A stretch of 64,000 nt of DNA, from NCBI GenBank assembly GCA_030549845.1, contig JAUQQN010000001.1:133668-197667 (forward strand), in the 5' to 3' direction. The notes under the pieces were generated by a model. It was not told the DNA's origin, ran no database searches, and worked only from the letters and a program-made list of their open reading frames with translations. Source of the DNA: Patescibacteria group bacterium (GTDB taxonomy: Bacteria; Patescibacteriota; Minisyncoccia; UBA6257; HR35). Shown here in pieces: positions 29,959 through 38,575 of this stretch (position 1 is its first letter; each line of letters opens with the position of its first letter). Made by a program: the position numbers and the translations under genes.

Positions 29959-29970
29959 TTGTGGATAACT
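29959..29970 (-). promoter_or_regulatory. AGTTATCCACAA element, copy 2 of 4
   Basis: Exact 12-mer; in the divergent intergenic region between the 29027..29917 secreted-protein gene and the Mur-ligase-like gene. Confidence 0.45.
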
Positions 29971-29993
29971 TTTGTTAAAATTTTAAATAATAA

Positions 29994-31190
29994 ATGTTTA
30001 ATTTTTTAGCAAAATTAATTTACCTAAAATATAGACCAAAAATATTAGTAGTTTCAGGGACAGCAGGAAAAAGTTTAACAATTCATATTATTAAGCACTT
30101 TTTAGAAAAGAAAACAAAAGTTTATTCTACAAATTATCATAAGGATCATAAGAAATCTATTTTTTTAACCTTTATTCTAGAATCACAGTATAAACCTTTT
30201 TCTAATTTTTTAAAAGCTTTGAAGATTTTACTTACAAAAATAAGTTATCCTGAAATTTTAATAATAGAATTTGGTTTTGAAGAACCAAAAGTTATTGATT
30301 ATTGGTTAAAATTCCTTAAGCTAGATTATTTAATTATTACTTCTATAGGCAGAATGCCAGCTTTTTCGGAAGTTTTTGCTGGGCCTGAAAATATCAAAAA
30401 AAGAAAAAAAAGATTAATAGAAAACTTAAGTGTTAATGGCTATGCTTTTATTAATAACGACGACATAAGTTGCCTTGAGTTATTAGAGAAATCCAAATAT
30501 AATGTGATATATTTTGGATTGAGCGAAGATTCTGATTTTAGAGCAGAAAATATAGAGTTAATATGTAACTTAGAATCTACTCCTTCAATTTGTGGCACTT
30601 CATTTGAAATAAACAGTAAATATGGGAAAAGGAAAATATTTTTAAGGAATCTTTTTGGGAAAGGGATCATTTATGCATCGCTTGCTTCTTGCGCAATTTT
30701 GGTTCATTTAGGATTTAATTTTGAAGAAATTTGTAATTATTTAGAAAAATTTAGTGGTTTAAAGCATAGATTAAATTTAATAAAATCTAGTAAAGGGTAT
30801 TATATTTTAGATGATTCTTTACATCTTTCTGAGGCTTCCTTTTGGCAAGTGATTGATATTTTTAAAAAAATTCCTGCAAAAAGAAAAATAATTTTGTTGG
30901 GGGATTGCCTTGATTCTGGAAAATATGCTTTAGATTTTCACTTTGAGGCTGGAGAAATTTTATCGAATATATGCGACTTTATAATAACTTTTGGCATTCG
31001 ATCTAAGTTTACAATAGATTCAGCAGTTGCTTATGGATTTGAAAAAGAAAATACTAAGCATTTTTATAATAACCAATATCATGAACTTTTGCATTTTTTA
31101 GATGAGTTATTAAGGCCCGATGATTTAATTTTAATAACTGGAGATAAAAGATTAAATTTGCACAAAATTGTAGATTTTATTTCTTCATAA
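29994..31190 (+). CDS. Mur ligase family protein (MurF-like)
   Basis: P-loop-like VVSGTAGKS near the N-terminus, central-domain architecture of Mur ligases; 398 aa; substrate unknown. Confidence 0.45.
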   Translation: MFNFLAKLIYLKYRPKILVVSGTAGKSLTIHIIKHFLEKKTKVYSTNYHKDHKKSIFLTFILESQYKPFSNFLKALKILLTKISYPEILIIEFGFEEPKVIDYWLKFLKLDYLIITSIGRMPAFSEVFAGPENIKKRKKRLIENLSVNGYAFINNDDISCLELLEKSKYNVIYFGLSEDSDFRAENIELICNLESTPSICGTSFEINSKYGKRKIFLRNLFGKGIIYASLASCAILVHLGFNFEEICNYLEKFSGLKHRLNLIKSSKGYYILDDSLHLSEASFWQVIDIFKKIPAKRKIILLGDCLDSGKYALDFHFEAGEILSNICDFIITFGIRSKFTIDSAVAYGFEKENTKHFYNNQYHELLHFLDELLRPDDLILITGDKRLNLHKIVDFISS

Positions 31191-32337
31191 AAAATTCTTT
31201 AAGAACTTTTACCACATAATCTAAGTCTTCTTTTTTTGTCTCTCTCCCAAAAGAAAATCTAATACTCTTTTTGGATCTCTCTGAATTTGAGTAAATTTCT
31301 TCAATAATATAGCTTGGTTGGTTTGCTCTCGCTTTACAAGCCATTCCAGCAGATACCATTATATTTTTCTCATCTAAGTAAATTAACAATTCTTGAGCAG
31401 TTTTTTGTGGGAAATACAGATTTAATATTTTAGGTGAAGAAAATTTAAGATCCCCATTTATTTCAAAATTAATTTTTTCTTCTTTTAATCTTTTAATAAA
31501 ATAGTCTCTTAATTCTTCAAAGTACTTTTTTGTTTTTACTCTTTCATTTAATGCAATTTCTAAAGCTTTTGCAAAGCCAACTATTAAAGGAACATTTTCT
31601 GTAGAAGGCCTTAAACCAAATTCTTGTTCTGAACCAGAAATTAATCTTTCTAAGATTGTATTTTCTTTTTTGTATAAACAAGCAATTCCTTTAGGTCCAT
31701 ATATTTTATGAGAAGACAATGTCATCATATCTACTCCAAGTTTTTTGACACTAATATCTTCTGTTAGGGGGGCTTGCGCTGCATCTGTATGGAAAATTAT
31801 CTTTATATCTCTGTCTTTATTTATTTCATGAATGATATCACTTATTTCTTTAATTTTTTGAATTGTACCGATTTCACTATTTACATAATGAATAGTCACT
31901 AAAATAGTATTTTCTTTTATGAATTTTTTAATTAAATTAGGATCTACTAATCCAGTTTTTTCAGGTTTCACTAAATCATAATCTATTAAATTTAATTTTT
32001 TTAAATCACGTAAAACTTCCAAAATAGAGGGGTGTTCAATTGTTGAAGAAATTATATGTGGTTTTATTTTTAACCTAAAATAAAAGTAAAATACTAACCC
32101 TTTAATTGCTAAATTATTGCTTTCTGTTGCTGAAGAAGTAAAAATTATTTCTCTAAAATAATCAGCACTAATTAGTTCTTTAATTTTCATCCTTGATTCA
32201 TCAATAGCTTTTAAAGCATTTTGTCCTAATTTATGCAAACTTGAAGGATTACCAAATTCTTTATCAAAATATTTTTTCATCACTTCTAAAACTCTCTTAT
32301 CTACAGGGGTGGTAGCAGAATAATCTAAGTAAATCAT
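31177..32337 (-). CDS. iscS: cysteine desulfurase (class V aminotransferase, NifS/IscS-like)
   Basis: MIYLDYSATTPVDKRVLEVM, PLP-Lys SSHKIYGPKG, active-site Cys loop GMACKARAN; 386 aa. Confidence 0.85.
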   Translation of the reverse strand: MIYLDYSATTPVDKRVLEVMKKYFDKEFGNPSSLHKLGQNALKAIDESRMKIKELISADYFREIIFTSSATESNNLAIKGLVFYFYFRLKIKPHIISSTIEHPSILEVLRDLKKLNLIDYDLVKPEKTGLVDPNLIKKFIKENTILVTIHYVNSEIGTIQKIKEISDIIHEINKDRDIKIIFHTDAAQAPLTEDISVKKLGVDMMTLSSHKIYGPKGIACLYKKENTILERLISGSEQEFGLRPSTENVPLIVGFAKALEIALNERVKTKKYFEELRDYFIKRLKEEKINFEINGDLKFSSPKILNLYFPQKTAQELLIYLDEKNIMVSAGMACKARANQPSYIIEEIYSNSERSKKSIRFSFGRETKKEDLDYVVKVLKEFFMKK

Positions 32338-32601
32338 TTATGGAAACTTAGGAACTTCTTTTACCTCTAAAAATGAAAGTATGATAACAGGAATAGTATA
32401 AGAAGTTATGAGGATAATTAGGCCTAATAAAATCCAAGGTAAAAATTTCTTTGCCTCATCTAGCTTTTTGTGATATATTGCTAAAACCCCTAAATAAATA
32501 AAAGAAGCAGATGAACCTAAAATTATCAAAACTTGCATTATTTTTATGATCCTTAAAAGAATTATTCTTATCTCATCCATATTATTTAAAAGAAGGTACA
32601 A
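32338..32601 (-). CDS. small two-helix membrane protein, pilin-like hairpin module family (VirB2/TrbC-like), paralog 6
   Basis: 87 aa, two hydrophobic helices separated by a short charged loop (HKKLDEAKK); pattern shared with five neighbouring genes. Confidence 0.45.
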   Translation of the reverse strand: MYLLLNNMDEIRIILLRIIKIMQVLIILGSSASFIYLGVLAIYHKKLDEAKKFLPWILLGLIILITSYTIPVIILSFLEVKEVPKFP

Positions 32602-32839
32602 ATGTTTGTATTGTTTTTAAAATTATTTCTTTATTTAGAAATACTAAACTTATTAAAATTAATCCCAATATTATATAAATTAATGCTTTTTTAACTTCAC
32701 CAAAGTTTTTCGATGAAAAATATGTCTTTATACCTAAATAAATTATAAAAAAACTAGAAATAAGTAGAGCGAACTTTAATAAAAAATTGGTTAAATTTTC
32801 CAAAATAGAGAGAATTTTATCCAAAAATGGAAAATACAT
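32582..32839 (-). CDS. small two-helix membrane protein, pilin-like hairpin module family, paralog 5
   Basis: 85 aa; FALLISSFFIIYLGIKTYFSSKNFGEVKKALIYIILGLILISLVF; same module. Confidence 0.45.
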   Translation of the reverse strand: MYFPFLDKILSILENLTNFLLKFALLISSFFIIYLGIKTYFSSKNFGEVKKALIYIILGLILISLVFLNKEIILKTIQTFVPSFK

Positions 32840-33123
32840 TACTTAAAGAAAGAAATTAGGATAGCTTGAATAGAAAAGGATGCGATTATTAACACTAATC
32901 CTACAATAATTAGTGGAACTTCTTCTTTAAATCCTTTCCCTGGATTTACCATATATTTAAAGCCAGAATACATTAAAATACCTATACCACTTACCATTCC
33001 TATCCAATAAAAAATATTAATTACTCCAATGAGTTTACAAATAAAATAATTTATGCCTTCTTGCTGAGCACAACCTATTTCCCCTCTAAACCTAATTGCT
33101 TGGGCAAAAACTAAGCTTATCAT
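32839..33123 (-). CDS. small two-helix membrane protein, pilin-like hairpin module family, paralog 4
   Basis: 94 aa; ...GCAQQEG...IFYWIGMVSGIGILMYSGFKYMVNPGKGFKEEVPLIIVGLVLIIASFSIQAIL. Confidence 0.45.
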   Translation of the reverse strand: MISLVFAQAIRFRGEIGCAQQEGINYFICKLIGVINIFYWIGMVSGIGILMYSGFKYMVNPGKGFKEEVPLIIVGLVLIIASFSIQAILISFFK

Positions 33124-34772
33124 AAACCTAATATTTGCTTAATGATATTCCAACCACTACCTCCAGGTGTATAAATTTTCCCTGTTTCTATATCGAAGAC
33201 TTGACTAAACGGCTTATCTGGAAATTCTGAATTTGTAATTTCAACTTCACATTGGCCTTTATAATCATAAAATTGAATATATAAAAATCCTAATGTATTA
33301 CCTGGAGGAGAAATATATTTAGGAACTCTATATAGAGATTTTCCCTTTTCATAACTCAAGGTTATTTGGAAATCTCTGTTAAACAGGTATAAAGAAGTTG
33401 CCTTTGTTTTATCAAAATTAAAACTTGAAACACTTGTTCCCCTCATAACCCCATATAATGTACAATTCCCATTTTTTTTAGGAGTAGGTTGAACTTCATA
33501 TTCTATATACATTGAAAAAGGAGGTTGATATATATTCCTTTGCAAAACTGTGATTCCTAATAACTGCTCTAAAGCATCTTTCAAGTTATCGGGCATTTCT
33601 ACCCTTATATATTGAGAAGCATAAATTATAAGTTTGTCTCCTTTTATTGTTAATTTTGGTAGCTCCTCAACAACAACTTCAACTTTTGGTCGATATTGAA
33701 TATCAAGATAGGTAATATTCAAATTACAGTTATTTGATTGGAATGCAACTCTTACAAAATCACCTGGCTCAATATGGTTCCCTAGCTCAGCTTCTATATA
33801 TTGGGAACCAAAAATATTAGGTTCTATTTTTGAAAACAAATTTTTACCTTTTGTTTTATTGTAAAAAGTAAGCGTTAATTCACATGTATCCTTAGAAGAA
33901 ACAAAAACAAAAAATCTTCCATTTTCATCTATTTTTGCAGTATTTGTATCTATTATTAGAGTACCAGAAGCAGTGCCACTAGGTAAAATAGATTGAGTAG
34001 TATCTGGAATGGGTTGAGTAATATCTGGAATAGGTTGAGCAGTGTCTGTAGTAATTGGACCTAGTTCAGAAGGTGGTTGTAATGCTAAACCACCTGTTAA
34101 CCATCTTTCTACTCCAATAACAATCGTAAATGAAACAATTCCTACTACAATACCTATTATCCCCCATTGGACTCTTTTATGAACATCACTAACTTGGCTA
34201 GGTTTTGTAATATATAAAATGCCAGCCCACATTAAAAACAAAACCCCTAAAGCTAGAGATAAGGTATATAATATCCTTAAGCCTTTATCAAAAAGAAACA
34301 ACAAACATTGACCAATTCCTCTTTCGCATTCACGAATAGTAGGAAATCCTCTTAGATATTCTGATGGAGCTATATATAATTTTTCCAGCTGACCATTTTC
34401 TATTTGTACATTCAATACTTTAAATCCTCGGTATTGTTGTAAACTAGGAGGTGGATCTATTAAAATTAATTCTGCTGCCTCTATTATTAAGTTACTCCAA
34501 TTTCCGTAAGTCTCTCTAACTGCATCATTGACATTTATGTTAGGATCTGTACTTTCAATGCTATTACCTCTAACCTCGAATGTTCCTTCACCATATCTAT
34601 TATTCAAAAGCTCAGCCATTTTTTCTCTTATCAAACGCCTTAAACCTTCATCTACATTTATTCCCTGCACTGTCTTTATGCCCCATTGAAAAGGATTAAA
34701 ATATTGAGTAACTTGAGCAAAAGTGATATTACTGAATATTAGCAAAATAACTAAAAGTAAAATTTTTTTCAT
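33120..34772 (-). CDS. secreted 550-aa protein with embedded pilin-like hairpin module (aa ~165-225) and QPIPD(I/T)TQ tandem repeat
   Basis: Signal peptide MKKILLLVILLIFSNITFA; internal segment GIGQCLLFLFDKGLRILYTLSLALGVLFLMWAGILYITKPSQVSDVHKRVQWGIIGIVVGIVSFTIVIG matches the paralog module; 21-nt tandem DNA repeat at 33999..34040. Confidence 0.45.
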   Translation of the reverse strand: MKKILLLVILLIFSNITFAQVTQYFNPFQWGIKTVQGINVDEGLRRLIREKMAELLNNRYGEGTFEVRGNSIESTDPNINVNDAVRETYGNWSNLIIEAAELILIDPPPSLQQYRGFKVLNVQIENGQLEKLYIAPSEYLRGFPTIRECERGIGQCLLFLFDKGLRILYTLSLALGVLFLMWAGILYITKPSQVSDVHKRVQWGIIGIVVGIVSFTIVIGVERWLTGGLALQPPSELGPITTDTAQPIPDITQPIPDTTQSILPSGTASGTLIIDTNTAKIDENGRFFVFVSSKDTCELTLTFYNKTKGKNLFSKIEPNIFGSQYIEAELGNHIEPGDFVRVAFQSNNCNLNITYLDIQYRPKVEVVVEELPKLTIKGDKLIIYASQYIRVEMPDNLKDALEQLLGITVLQRNIYQPPFSMYIEYEVQPTPKKNGNCTLYGVMRGTSVSSFNFDKTKATSLYLFNRDFQITLSYEKGKSLYRVPKYISPPGNTLGFLYIQFYDYKGQCEVEITNSEFPDKPFSQVFDIETGKIYTPGGSGWNIIKQILGL

Positions 34773-34773
34773 T

Positions 34774-35427
34774 TTAATGAGTTAAACTAAATTCAATTGC
34801 TTTAACAATTGAAAAAGCAGCAACTGTAAAAATTGCTCCGATTATTGCCCAAGTAATATAATTCCAACCTTCTCTATCGCCTGGTTTTAAATATAACTTC
34901 ATTCCTCCATAAATTATAAAACCTATTGCTGAAAGCATAGATACAGTATACAGAACTGTTAAAATTTTAGTAATAAACCAAAGAAAGCATCTTCCTAATA
35001 AGCCAGGTGGGGTAGGTTTTCCTCCTAAGATATCAAAAATATTTATTCCTGTGCAATTAATTCTCGGAGGTTGAAAACTTAATTGTTGAGCATAAGCTAT
35101 ATTAAATATAAAATCTATTCTCCAATTAGAGACCGTATATTCAATAAGTTTAACTAATCCCCAAGAAATTAAAGCTAAAGCTAAACCTAAAGAAGCCCAA
35201 ATTAATCTATTCTTTACATCTTGTTGTGCTTTTTGGGCTTGAACTATAAGAATTATTCCTGCCCACATAATCATAATTACAGCCAATGCACCAGAAAGCC
35301 ATGTCAAAATTTTTAATGCAACATAAAAAACTAATAAAGCACAAGAAGTTAAATCTTGGCAAATAACTGGAACAGGAAAAATTCTATTGCTAAATATCCC
35401 AAAATCTGGATTAAATGGATAAGGCAT
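34774..35427 (-). CDS. membrane protein with two tandem copies of the pilin-like hairpin module
   Basis: 217 aa; module a: ...TSCALLVFYVALKILTWLSGALAVIMIMWAGIILIVQAQKAQQDVKNRLIWASLGLALALISWGLVKLIEY; module b: ...GRCFLWFITKILTVLYTVSMLSAIGFIIYGGMKLYL...WNYITWAIIGAIFTVAAFSIVKAIEF. Confidence 0.45.
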   Translation of the reverse strand: MPYPFNPDFGIFSNRIFPVPVICQDLTSCALLVFYVALKILTWLSGALAVIMIMWAGIILIVQAQKAQQDVKNRLIWASLGLALALISWGLVKLIEYTVSNWRIDFIFNIAYAQQLSFQPPRINCTGINIFDILGGKPTPPGLLGRCFLWFITKILTVLYTVSMLSAIGFIIYGGMKLYLKPGDREGWNYITWAIIGAIFTVAAFSIVKAIEFSLTH

Positions 35428-35447
35428 TCAATTTATTTTTATTATTT

Positions 35448-35828
35448 TTAAAATCCAGGCTGTCCTGTAACTACAAGATTTTCTACAAACTTAACTACAG
35501 CCCAAGCAAGTAATGCTATAGCCAAACCAGCTGCTCCGTATATCAACCTATTTTTACCTTCATCAATTTTTGCTTGGATTATAACTTGTATTCCTCCCCA
35601 AATTATGTATATAACTGCAAAAGCACCTGCTGCCCACATTAGAATTCTTAAAACCCATGTAAAGACTTGTAAAAGAACTTCACCTAGAGTTCTTCCTTGT
35701 AAAAAACCAGATTCTGGTGGTAGTTCGCGTATAGGCCATTCTCCTCCTTGCCCATAAACTAAGCCAAGGTTTCCTAAAAATAAGATTAATAGTAAAATTG
35801 CACTTAATCTAAGGGTTTTTTTACTCAT
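35448..35828 (-). CDS. signal-peptide-bearing pilin-like protein (VirB2/TrbC-like), first gene of the cluster
   Basis: 126 aa; signal MSKKTLRLSAILLLILFLGNLGLVYG|QGG, then LQVFTWVLRILMWAAGAFAVIYIIWGGIQVIIQAKIDEGKNRLIYGAAGLAIALLAWAVVKFVENL; AGTTATCCACAA motif 78 nt upstream. Confidence 0.5.
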   Translation of the reverse strand: MSKKTLRLSAILLLILFLGNLGLVYGQGGEWPIRELPPESGFLQGRTLGEVLLQVFTWVLRILMWAAGAFAVIYIIWGGIQVIIQAKIDEGKNRLIYGAAGLAIALLAWAVVKFVENLVVTGQPGF

Positions 35829-35905
35829 TTTATTAATTTAAAATTAATGCGACCTAGTTTTAATTAAAAAAATTTTAAACCATTCAATATCTTCTTTTTC
35901 AAAAA

Positions 35906-35917
35906 TTGTGGATAACT
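35906..35917 (-). promoter_or_regulatory. AGTTATCCACAA element, copy 3 of 4
   Basis: Exact 12-mer in the divergent region between the pilin-like cluster and comM. Confidence 0.45.
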
Positions 35918-35935
35918 TCATAGTAAAATTATTTA

Positions 35936-37438
35936 ATGTTTTCAAGGGTGTTTTCAGCAATTTTAGAAGGTTTGGAAGGAAAAATAGTAGAAGTTGAAAC
36001 AGGTTTATTGCCTGGGTTAACTTCATTTTCTATTGTTGGACTTCCAGATAAAGCTATACAAGAAGCAAAAGAGCGAATAACATTAGCTTTAAAAAGCATA
36101 AATGCAAAACCTCCTTTAAAATTCAATAGAAAAATCATAGTAAATTTAGCTCCTGCAGATATTAAAAAAGAGGGGTCTATTTTAGATTTAGCAATAGCTA
36201 TAAGTTTTCTTATATCAACAAAACAAATTTCTCAAATTAAAAAGAAAATATTATTTTTAGGAGAACTTTCACTAGATGGGAAATTAAGAAAGGTTAAAGG
36301 TGCTTTGCCTATTATTTTATCTTTACATAAGTATTTTGAAGAAGTATATCTACCAAAGGAAAATCTTAATGAAGTTAAATTTTTAAAAATAGAAAATCTT
36401 TATCTATTTGATTCATTAAAAGAAGTTATAGACCATTTAGAAGGGACGAATAAAAAAGAACCTTTTAAAAACGAAGAATTTGAAGAGATGGAAGAGAATT
36501 TTGATGAATTAGAGTTTATAAAAATTACAAATTTTCTATTAAGAGCAATAATCATCTCAGCATCGGGAAGACATAATTTAATCCTTTATGGGCCTCCTGG
36601 AACAGGTAAAACTTTAATAGCAAGAAATATTGTAAGTTTATTGCCAAGGTTAAACTATGAAGAAAGTTTAGAGGTGACAAGCATATATAGTGCTGCAAAT
36701 AAACTAAAAGAAGGATTTATACTTAATCCACCATTTAGAAACCCACATCATACAGCTTCTGCAGTAGCAATTTTAGGTGGTGGCCAAAACCCTAAACCAG
36801 GAGAAGTTACTTTAGCACATAAAGGGGTCTTATTTTTAGACGAGCTACCAGAATTCAGAAGAGATGTATTAGAGGGCTTAAGAGAACCTTTAGAAAATGG
36901 GGAAATTACTATTGCAAGAAGCAATAAAATCATAAAATTTCCTGCTAAGTTTATGTTTGTAGCTGCTTATAATCCTTGCCCGTGTGGATTTTATGGAGAT
37001 AACGAAAAAGAATGTATTTGCACAATATCTGAAATTAAAAAATATCATAAAAAATTATCTGGGCCTTTAATGGATAGAATTGATATGAAATTAAACGTAC
37101 CACGATTAAAAAGTGAAGAAGTATTCAAAGATAATTCGATAAATTTTCATAAAATTAAAGAGGTAATTTTAGAATTGAAAGAAAAACAAATTAAAAGACA
37201 AGGCAAATTCAACAGCGAATTAAATTTAAAAGAAATCAAGGAGTTTTGTAAATTGGAATTTGAAGCAGAAAGATTAATTCAAAAATCAATAGATTCCTTA
37301 AAGCTTTCTCTAAGAAGCATACATAAAATAATAAAGGTTGCAAGGACTATTGCTGATTTAGAAAATAAAGATAAAATAGAAAAAGACCATATCGGCGAAG
37401 CTATTCAGTATAGATCAACAGAGAATATTGATTTATAA
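35936..37438 (+). CDS. comM: Mg-chelatase-like AAA+ ATPase YifB/ComM (competence-associated)
   Basis: N-terminal Lon-like domain, Walker [14 protein letters not shown], ChlI-type AAA+ and C-terminal domain; 500 aa. Confidence 0.8.
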   Translation: MFSRVFSAILEGLEGKIVEVETGLLPGLTSFSIVGLPDKAIQEAKERITLALKSINAKPPLKFNRKIIVNLAPADIKKEGSILDLAIAISFLISTKQISQIKKKILFLGELSLDGKLRKVKGALPIILSLHKYFEEVYLPKENLNEVKFLKIENLYLFDSLKEVIDHLEGTNKKEPFKNEEFEEMEENFDELEFIKITNFLLRAIIISASGRHNLILYGPPGTGKTLIARNIVSLLPRLNYEESLEVTSIYSAANKLKEGFILNPPFRNPHHTASAVAILGGGQNPKPGEVTLAHKGVLFLDELPEFRRDVLEGLREPLENGEITIARSNKIIKFPAKFMFVAAYNPCPCGFYGDNEKECICTISEIKKYHKKLSGPLMDRIDMKLNVPRLKSEEVFKDNSINFHKIKEVILELKEKQIKRQGKFNSELNLKEIKEFCKLEFEAERLIQKSIDSLKLSLRSIHKIIKVARTIADLENKDKIEKDHIGEAIQYRSTENIDL

Positions 37439-38575
37439 TTGTATTTGATGATAATTTTGAAAGAAAGAAATTTAATTAGAAAAAATAAAAACTTGATAAA
37501 AGATAAAAAAATTTTGTTAAGAGTTGATTATAATGTCGAAATAAAAAAGGGAAAGATACTAGATGACTATAGAATAAAAGAAAGCCTGGAAACTATAAGA
37601 TTTCTCCAAAAAAATAAAGCAAAGCAAATAATATTAATTACTCATTTTGGAAGACCTAAAAAGCAAGAAAGGGAATTTTCAATAAGAAAATTATTACCTT
37701 TTTTAAAAAGAATATTTAAAAATATCAAATATTTTTATTGGCGTCCTGGTTTGAATGTGCCAGAATATCCTTTGATTATTTTAGAAAATATAAGGTTTTT
37801 TAAAGAAGAAGAAAGAAATGATGAAAAATTTGCAAAAGAGCTAAGCAAATTAGGAGATTTGTACATAAATGATGCCTTTTCTACAAGCCATCGAAAACAT
37901 GCATCTTTAGATAAAATTAAAAAATTCATTCCTTATTATTTTGGTTTAAATTTTGAAAAAGAAATCAATAATCTAAATTTAGTTTTTGAATTTTTTAAAA
38001 AAAATAAAAGTGTAGGTGTTGTTATTGGAGGAATAAAATTTGAAACAAAAATAAAATTAATAGAAAAATTTTTAGAAAAGGCTGAATTAATTATTTTGGT
38101 AGGTGGCCTTGCTAATACATTTTTAAAAGCTAAAGGCTTTGAAGTAGGTTCTTCGATATTTGATGAAGAATATTTAAATTACATAAAAAAATTTTATTCT
38201 TCTAAGTTATTATTACCTTTTGATTTTATAACTCAAAGAGGGCATTTGTATTTAGGAGAAATTAAAGGAACTGATATTATTTATGACACAGGTTATATAA
38301 GCATAAACATATTTCTAGAAGAGTTGAAGAAAGTAAAACTTGTAATATGGAATGGCCCATTGGGGAAAATAGAAAAAAAAGAATATAAAAAAGGCAGCCT
38401 AACCTTTGCCAAAGGTTTAAAGGAGATTAATAACAAAAAAATAATTGGAGGAGGAGAAACTTTATCAATAGCAAATAAAATTTTTAAAAATGATAAAAAT
38501 ACATTTTTATCAACCGGAGGAGGTGCTATGCTTTATTATTTGGCAAATGGTAATTTACCGATATTTGAAAAATAA
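37439..38575 (+). CDS. pgk: phosphoglycerate kinase
   Basis: LLRVDYNVEIKKGKILDDYRIKESLETIRFL...ITHFGRP pattern of the PGK N-domain; 378 aa. Confidence 0.8.
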   Translation: MYLMIILKERNLIRKNKNLIKDKKILLRVDYNVEIKKGKILDDYRIKESLETIRFLQKNKAKQIILITHFGRPKKQEREFSIRKLLPFLKRIFKNIKYFYWRPGLNVPEYPLIILENIRFFKEEERNDEKFAKELSKLGDLYINDAFSTSHRKHASLDKIKKFIPYYFGLNFEKEINNLNLVFEFFKKNKSVGVVIGGIKFETKIKLIEKFLEKAELIILVGGLANTFLKAKGFEVGSSIFDEEYLNYIKKFYSSKLLLPFDFITQRGHLYLGEIKGTDIIYDTGYISINIFLEELKKVKLVIWNGPLGKIEKKEYKKGSLTFAKGLKEINNKKIIGGGETLSIANKIFKNDKNTFLSTGGGAMLYYLANGNLPIFEK

